Both the position numbers and the translations under genes were made by a program. A DNA stretch of 60,499 bases from Clostridia bacterium (GTDB taxonomy: Bacteria; Bacillota; Clostridia; Christensenellales; Borkfalkiaceae). Shown piece after piece: positions 55,911-60,499 of this stretch; the first letter of the stretch is position 1, and each line of letters starts with the position of its first letter. Location: assembly GCA_029061155.1 (NCBI GenBank), contig JAIDSQ010000151.1:1-60499 (forward strand), given 5' to 3'. The notes under the pieces are model-generated. The model ran no database searches. It saw only the letters and a program-made list of their open reading frames with translations, and was not told where the DNA came from.

Positions 55911-55912
55911 AG

Positions 55913-56494
55913 TTAATTATTATTTTCTTCGGTAACTTCCACAGTGTACTTTCCGTCAAGCCCTTTTGACTTCAAAAACTCGTTGAACTCGCGGGATAGC
56001 TCTTCGGCGGAATAGGTGTGAACCGCAACATTCGGAACACCGTACTTTGCTTCGTCAATTTGCTTGCGCACTTTTTCATTACTTTCTTTTGCACCTTTTT
56101 TGATATTTTCTATAACAAGCTTTACTTTTGCCTTAAAGCCTTTGGTGTGTAAAAACTCGGTAAATTCGGGATTTGCTTCCGCCGACTGACGTTTCATTTC
56201 TTCAAAAAATGCTTTGTCGGCTTCTCTCTGCTTGCGGGCGCTTTCCGCCATGTTTGCAAATGCGACTTTGAATTTAGCCGCTATGCCTTTGGTGTGGCAG
56301 AATTCCTCAAATTGCTTGCTGATTTCCTCGTAATTATTAGTGTTTTGTTCCATTGTTTTTAATCTCCTTATCTGAATAATTTTATTATTTCTTTCGGCGT
56401 GGGCAAGCAGGATTTTCCACCGCTCCTCGCCCGTAGCCGATAAAAATTCGTTAAAGTCCTTTTCCGTCAAAGCCGCAAATTCATTTTCTTTCAT
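55913..56494 (-). CDS. Hypothetical soluble protein with four (D/E)F.EF(L/C)..(K/T)G repeats
   Basis: 193 aa with DFNEFLSATG, FEEFCHTKGIAAKFKV, FTEFLHTKGFKAKVKL and FNEFLKSKGLDGKYTV. No family recognised. Confidence 0.6.
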   Translation of the reverse strand: MKENEFAALTEKDFNEFLSATGEERWKILLAHAERNNKIIQIRRLKTMEQNTNNYEEISKQFEEFCHTKGIAAKFKVAFANMAESARKQREADKAFFEEMKRQSAEANPEFTEFLHTKGFKAKVKLVIENIKKGAKESNEKVRKQIDEAKYGVPNVAVHTYSAEELSREFNEFLKSKGLDGKYTVEVTEENNN

Positions 56495-56545
56495 AGTACA
56501 CTCCTGTCTGTTTACACTTATAGCTTAACCTGCATTTTTCAAAAA

Positions 56546-56593
56546 CACCACAACACAAAAAACAATATGTGTCGGTTTCTGAAAAATTTTTAA
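56546..56593 (-). promoter_or_regulatory. Operator/promoter cassette copy 2
   Basis: caccacaacacaaaaaacaatatgtgtcggtttctgaaaaattttta, 52-99 nt upstream of the 55913-56494 start. Confidence 0.75.
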
Positions 56594-57798
56594 TTCGCAA
56601 ACGACTTTATTTCTTCAATGATTGTGTTCATAAGTAAGTCGACTTTCTTACGTTCGCTCTCACCGCAAACGAACATACTCGATATGGTAGTTTCACCTTT
56701 GAAAGAAGATACCGCGATTTGAAAGCAAGGGGCTTTATTCAGTCCGCTGTAACCGACAGCGTTCACTACGGTTGTTCCGTCGAATTTGAGTTTGTTTTCG
56801 TCGAGCTTGCCTAAGTTGGTATAATCGCTGTACGCGCTCGTATTCATTCCGCCGTAAAGTTTCAAAAACTTTTCAAGCGTTGATTTTTCATATTTGGACA
56901 CAAGCAACGTCGGACCTGCAATATCGTTTTTAGTTTTCTTTTGCTTGTTCATAGCTCGGTTTACAACTGTTAAACTTTCGGCAAAGGTTTTGCTTAACGG
57001 CAGTTTAACGTTCAGATTATAAGTTCCCGTAAGATTTGCAATTCCCGTTTCGCTGCCCGCATACTTGCGTAAATCAACTGTACAGGGAATATTGATTTTC
57101 TTTTTGGAATACAGTTTACTGATTGCTCTGCCGTAGGCTGTTAGGAATACGTCGTTAAGCGTAGCACCTTGTTTTTTAGCGGCGGCGTGTACCTTTGCCA
57201 TTATTTCGGACGAAATTGAGCGTTCCACAATATGGATTTGCTCGTTTACGCTCTTTTCATAGACCTGCGTGTTCTTATATCCGCCAAGCATTGAAAACAG
57301 CATTTTTACTGTATCGCCCGATTTCAATTTCAAATTTTTCGTAAGATTTGAAAACTCTCTGTTCATAAGTGCGGAATAATCGCTGTCAACATTGGCGTTA
57401 TAAAAATCGCAGAGCAGATAAATTAGTTTCTTAAATCCGCTTCCGTCGCAAATCAAGTGACTGACGGTAATGATAAGAAAGTTCTTTGATAAAGTAAATT
57501 TTATCAATCTTTCAGCAGAATTAAGCGACTCGGTTAAAAGACTTGTTCTGTTTGCCGTGTCGTCAATTACAAGCAAATCTTTTTCCGTAAACGAATTGTT
57601 TTCTACAAATACATTTCTTTTGCTGTCGTAACGGCACTTCAGAAGCGGGAATACTTCTAACAGTCTATCAAGAGCGGCGGCAAGTCTTTTTACGTCTAAC
57701 GCGTTTTCAAACTCAATGAATTCGTGAATGAACGGCTCATGATACTTTGTGTTTATATACTGCATTAAATCAAGCGGTTGAACTTCGTACTCTTTCAT
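56590..57798 (-). CDS. Stand-alone condensation-domain-like / HxxxD acyltransferase
   Basis: 402 aa. VSHLICDGSG matches the HxxxDG catalytic motif of NRPS C-domain, PapA5 and WS-DGAT type acyltransferases. Confidence 0.6.
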   Translation of the reverse strand: MKEYEVQPLDLMQYINTKYHEPFIHEFIEFENALDVKRLAAALDRLLEVFPLLKCRYDSKRNVFVENNSFTEKDLLVIDDTANRTSLLTESLNSAERLIKFTLSKNFLIITVSHLICDGSGFKKLIYLLCDFYNANVDSDYSALMNREFSNLTKNLKLKSGDTVKMLFSMLGGYKNTQVYEKSVNEQIHIVERSISSEIMAKVHAAAKKQGATLNDVFLTAYGRAISKLYSKKKINIPCTVDLRKYAGSETGIANLTGTYNLNVKLPLSKTFAESLTVVNRAMNKQKKTKNDIAGPTLLVSKYEKSTLEKFLKLYGGMNTSAYSDYTNLGKLDENKLKFDGTTVVNAVGYSGLNKAPCFQIAVSSFKGETTISSMFVCGESERKKVDLLMNTIIEEIKSFAN

Positions 57799-57847
57799 AA
57801 CGTCATCTCCTTTTTACAAGTTAATTATAAATGGATTTCGACATGAA

Positions 57848-57886
57848 AACCACAACACAAAAAACGATATGTGTTGTTTTCTGATT
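57848..57886. promoter_or_regulatory. Operator copy 3, a perfect palindrome ACAACACA-N10-TGTGTTGT, in the divergent spacer next to the TetR gene
   Basis: aaccacaacacaaaaaacgatatgtgttgttttctga. It lies 50-88 nt upstream of the 56590-57798 start and abuts the -35 of the tetR promoter. Confidence 0.75.
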
Positions 57887-57913
57887 GATATTTTAAAATT
57901 ATTTTGATATAAT
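57885..57913 (+). promoter_or_regulatory. TetR-gene promoter (TTGATA-17 nt-TGaTATAAT), implying a leaderless mRNA
   Basis: TTGATA at 57885-90, a 17-nt spacer, TATAAT at 57908-13. The ATG at 57920 is only 6 nt after the -10, and there is no Shine-Dalgarno sequence. Confidence 0.6.
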
Positions 57914-57919
57914 ATAACC

Positions 57920-58513
57920 ATGAACAGATCGGAATCGAAATTTCAAAATACGGCGAATAAAATGGGCAGTGCATTTATATCTTTGTTAGAGAGCAAAGAG
58001 TTTGCCGATATAACCATTATGGATATTTGCAAGGCTGCGGGCGTAAACCGCTCAACCTTTTATGCTCACTACGATAACACCTACGACCTTTTAAAAGAAA
58101 CTTATCAGGGAATGATAAACAACTTTTTAACGGAATGTACCTTTGACGATCCCGTAGATTTATCGGATTGGCGTAAACTGAATAAAGACGATTTGAACTT
58201 TATTACGCCGAAATATCTTTTGCCGTATCTGAAATATATACAAACGCATAAACGGCTTTTCAGAATTTATGCCGAAAACGCCAGCGCTTTTGAAGCTAAT
58301 GAAATGGACAACTATATGATTGATAATTTTTTTGTTCCTATCTATGCAAAACACGGCGTAACCGATAAAAAGCTTATCTACTATATGCAGAAGTATTTTC
58401 TCAAAGGAATAGACGCCATTATCAACGAGTGGGTTAGAGGCGACTGTGAAGACGATATTCTGTTTATCTGCGAAATCATAACCTACTGCGTCAGACCGAA
58501 CGCCATAAATTAA
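57920..58513 (+). CDS. TetR/AcrR-family transcriptional regulator
   Basis: 197 aa; FADITIMDICKAAGVNRSTFYAHYDN is a TetR HTH. Confidence 0.88.
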   Translation: MNRSESKFQNTANKMGSAFISLLESKEFADITIMDICKAAGVNRSTFYAHYDNTYDLLKETYQGMINNFLTECTFDDPVDLSDWRKLNKDDLNFITPKYLLPYLKYIQTHKRLFRIYAENASAFEANEMDNYMIDNFFVPIYAKHGVTDKKLIYYMQKYFLKGIDAIINEWVRGDCEDDILFICEIITYCVRPNAIN

Positions 58514-58526
58514 AGGAACGGCAACA

Positions 58527-59540
58527 ATGAAAATACTCAAAAAAATTATATCGTGGCTTGCAAACCCGAAAATCTGGATTTTGATACCGTTATTAATTAT
58601 TGCAATAGCCGCGCTTATATTGGGAACGGTGCTTTTAATTCCGGGCGGCATTTCGGGATATGAGATTGCGGGCTATATTTTACTCGGAATATGCGGCATC
58701 TGTACCGCTTACTTTATTTACGGAATTGTCCGCATTAAGGATGACATTAAAGCCAAAATTCTGAAATATGCGGAAAAGCACAAATTTCTGGATAAGCTTA
58801 TCCACGATTACGGCTTCCGTACGATTACATTTTCAATCGGTTCGTTTATAATCAATCTTGCATTCGCCGTATATAACGGCGCAATAGCTTTAGGGTTGGT
58901 ATTATCGCCCGAATACGGTTCTTCAATGTCTATCTGGTTCTGGGCTTTGACGGCTTACTATTTAATCCTGATTATTTTGCGCGGGAGCATTTTGCTTTAC
59001 CACCAAAAAAGAAGAAAAGCCGACCCGCAAGGTCAGCCTGAAACCATAACTTGCGTACGCGATACAAAGGTCTACGGCATATGCGGTATTCTTTTATTAC
59101 TGCTTCCTCTCTGCCTTTCCTTCGCCGTTTTGCAAATGGTGTCTGAGGACGCAGCCTTCGTCCACTCGGGGATAACAATTTACGTTTATGCAATTTACGC
59201 GTTCTATAAAATTATCGCTTCAATTTGCAATTTCGTAAAAGCGGGCAAGAGAGACGAAATGACCGTAAGGGCTTCAAGAAATATCAACCTTGCCGACGCG
59301 CTGGTTTCCATTCTTGCCCTGCAAACCGCAATGTTCCGCGAATTTAACGCAGATAACCCCGAAGCGTTAAATCCAGCTTTAATGAATGCGGTAACGGGCG
59401 CAGTAGTCTGCGCGCTGACCGTTGCTATCGGTGTATATATGTTAGTAATTGCGACCCTGCGGATTAAAAAGTTGAAACAAGAAGAAGGATTAACACACAA
59501 TGAACAAAGTGAAGATAACGGTACTCAAAACCACCTTTGA
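58527..59540 (+). CDS. Hypothetical polytopic membrane protein
   Basis: 337 aa, about 7-8 TM segments, no family recognised. Confidence 0.6.
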   Translation: MKILKKIISWLANPKIWILIPLLIIAIAALILGTVLLIPGGISGYEIAGYILLGICGICTAYFIYGIVRIKDDIKAKILKYAEKHKFLDKLIHDYGFRTITFSIGSFIINLAFAVYNGAIALGLVLSPEYGSSMSIWFWALTAYYLILIILRGSILLYHQKRRKADPQGQPETITCVRDTKVYGICGILLLLLPLCLSFAVLQMVSEDAAFVHSGITIYVYAIYAFYKIIASICNFVKAGKRDEMTVRASRNINLADALVSILALQTAMFREFNADNPEALNPALMNAVTGAVVCALTVAIGVYMLVIATLRIKKLKQEEGLTHNEQSEDNGTQNHL

Positions 59541-59844
59541 CGAAGAATTGGCAAAGGAATACGGCGCAGAAAATCTAACCGCTTGCCCTATGCATACGGT
59601 AGGACAGGTATTTTATGCCGACTATGCAAAACCCGACGGATTTTGCGACGAAGCGTGGAAAGCAATCTATCAGTACGTTTTCGCTCTTGCTCACGGAGCG
59701 GGCAATAACGTTTTCTATTACGGTGATTGGATAAGAACGCCTGGCGTTGCAATATGCAGTTGCAACGACGGGTTACGTCCCGTAATTTTCAAACTCGAAG
59801 CAACGGACATACCGTCAACGCTCGACTATGTTCCCATTAGATAA
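59500..59844 (+). CDS. TIGR04076-family small Cys-containing protein
   Basis: 114 aa. MNKVKITVLKT...CPMH.VGQ.F...PDGFC..AW pattern typical of TIGR04076. Confidence 0.6.
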   Translation: MNKVKITVLKTTFDEELAKEYGAENLTACPMHTVGQVFYADYAKPDGFCDEAWKAIYQYVFALAHGAGNNVFYYGDWIRTPGVAICSCNDGLRPVIFKLEATDIPSTLDYVPIR

Positions 59845-59886
59845 TCTACATGTTATTCGATGTACTGGAATTACACCAATTGATTG

Positions 59887-59918
59887 AAAAAAGGAAGTTC
59901 AAACGAGCTTCCTTTTTT
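59887..59918 (+). terminator. Intrinsic terminator
   Basis: aaaaaaggaag-ttcaaacgag-cttcctttttt. Confidence 0.8.
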
Positions 59919-59973
59919 AATTACTTTCGACAAACAAAGACAAAAAATTATATAAACAAATGTTTGTTTTTTC

Positions 59974-60002
59974 TTGACTTGCCGCTACCATTGTGATAGA
60001 AT
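59974..60002 (+). promoter_or_regulatory. Near-consensus sigma-A promoter (TTGACT-17 nt-TGaTAGAAT)
   Basis: TTGACT at 59974-79, a 17-nt spacer, TAGAAT at 59997-60002 preceded by TGa. Confidence 0.65.
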
Positions 60003-60008
60003 ACGTAT

Positions 60009-60499
60009 TGTACCAAGATATAGTAACGAGTGGTACTGTACCCTTTGAATAGGGTAAGGGTTCTGCGGTGGACGTACGGGGCATTATCCATTAAGCGCAG
60101 AAAGTTTTTTGAACGGAAAAAGACCGTTCTTGCCTTAGCTTGCGATTTTGAACGCGAGGTGTTTTTGTTGTACGCTTTTTTAGGGTTCCCGAAAAAGATT
60201 GCGAAGTAAGATTTTTGGGGAATAGGAACGGCAACGGTGCAAAGTTGCCGCCGCCTTTAAGCGTGCGGCATAAAGCACAAGTTTGCCGTGACGACGTGAG
60301 CCGTGATAGGCTTTTGTTGTTGTACAATTTTTTACGACAACAAATTGTGTGCAGCCGGAGTTATCCGAGATTCCCATGAGGATGCGAAAGTCGGATAGTG
60401 TTGAGGGTTAATTTCAGCATACAAAAAATTTCATAGAATGGCTAACCACCATAGAGCAAATTAAGGTTGCTAAACACGGTTAAGTCGGTGATTACGTTG
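60009..60499 (+). other. ORF-free, hairpin-dense transcript region (candidate structured ncRNA or long leader), truncated by the window edge
   Basis: No plus-strand ORF of 60 aa or more. Successive stems include gtacca/tggtac, taccct/agggta, ttctgcg/cgcagaa, gaacgg/ccgttc, ttcccgaaaaa/tttttggggaa, cggcaac/gttgccg, cggca/tgccg and ttgttgt/acaacaa. Confidence 0.4.

Noticed and set aside
60091-60377. Two overlapping minus-strand ORFs (78 and 65 aa) in the right-edge non-coding region
   Set aside because: They overlap each other, have odd composition and lack any RBS. The region is better explained as structured RNA on the plus strand.
60262-60499. Group II intron 5' end (GTGCG after a hairpin)
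   Set aside because: Only the pentamer matches. I could not recognise the domain I features, and no intron-encoded protein is visible before the window ends. It is left as a possibility to test with covariance models.
1-60499. Scan by eye for tRNA, rRNA, CRISPR arrays, transposase or integrase genes
   Set aside because: No cloverleaf-like GC-rich 75-nt units, no rRNA signatures, no regularly spaced direct repeats with unique spacers, and no full-length recombinase ORF were seen. A covariance-model or HMM scan would be needed to exclude small or degenerate elements.

Overview
The window looks like a Gram-positive, Clostridia-like chromosome; this is inferred from gene order and protein families, with no database search run. 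Positions 1-14.9 kb hold the S10-spc-alpha ribosomal-protein superoperon on the minus strand (rpsJ through rpsD, including secY-adk-map-KOW-infA-rpmJ), driven by a consensus promoter at 14901-14929. Its intergenic spacers are unusually long. They carry three copies of a ~105-nt repeat and an array of short hairpins punctuated by GTTAAAT/ATTTAAC. The rest mixes housekeeping and accessory genes:
- An EF-G paralog lacking the catalytic His.
- The hisS-DUF3737-patB operon.
- An AT-rich islet with a membrane protein plus a HEPN-like protein.
- ttcA-tcdA-SDR-yhhQ behind a preQ1-I riboswitch.
- Two mirrored paralogous histidine kinase/response regulator pairs bracketing BspA-like LRR lipoproteins.
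- A LysR-headed cluster of three lipoprotein-anchored flavodoxin-domain proteins with DUF4405 and a flavin reductase.
- An AT-rich defence islet with a single-chain Type IIG-like R-M-S enzyme next to an uncharacterised Mrr-like nuclease protein.
- A TetR regulon in which the same promoter/operator cassette occurs three times, ahead of an HxxxD acyltransferase, a repeat protein-cls-membrane protein unit, and duplicated ABC-2 exporters.
- A consensus promoter at the right edge followed by about 490 nt of ORF-free, hairpin-rich sequence.
I found no tRNA, rRNA or CRISPR array. The best candidates for something new are the nuclease/Type IIG islet, the HEPN pair, the exported-flavodoxin cluster and the repeats inside the ribosomal operon.
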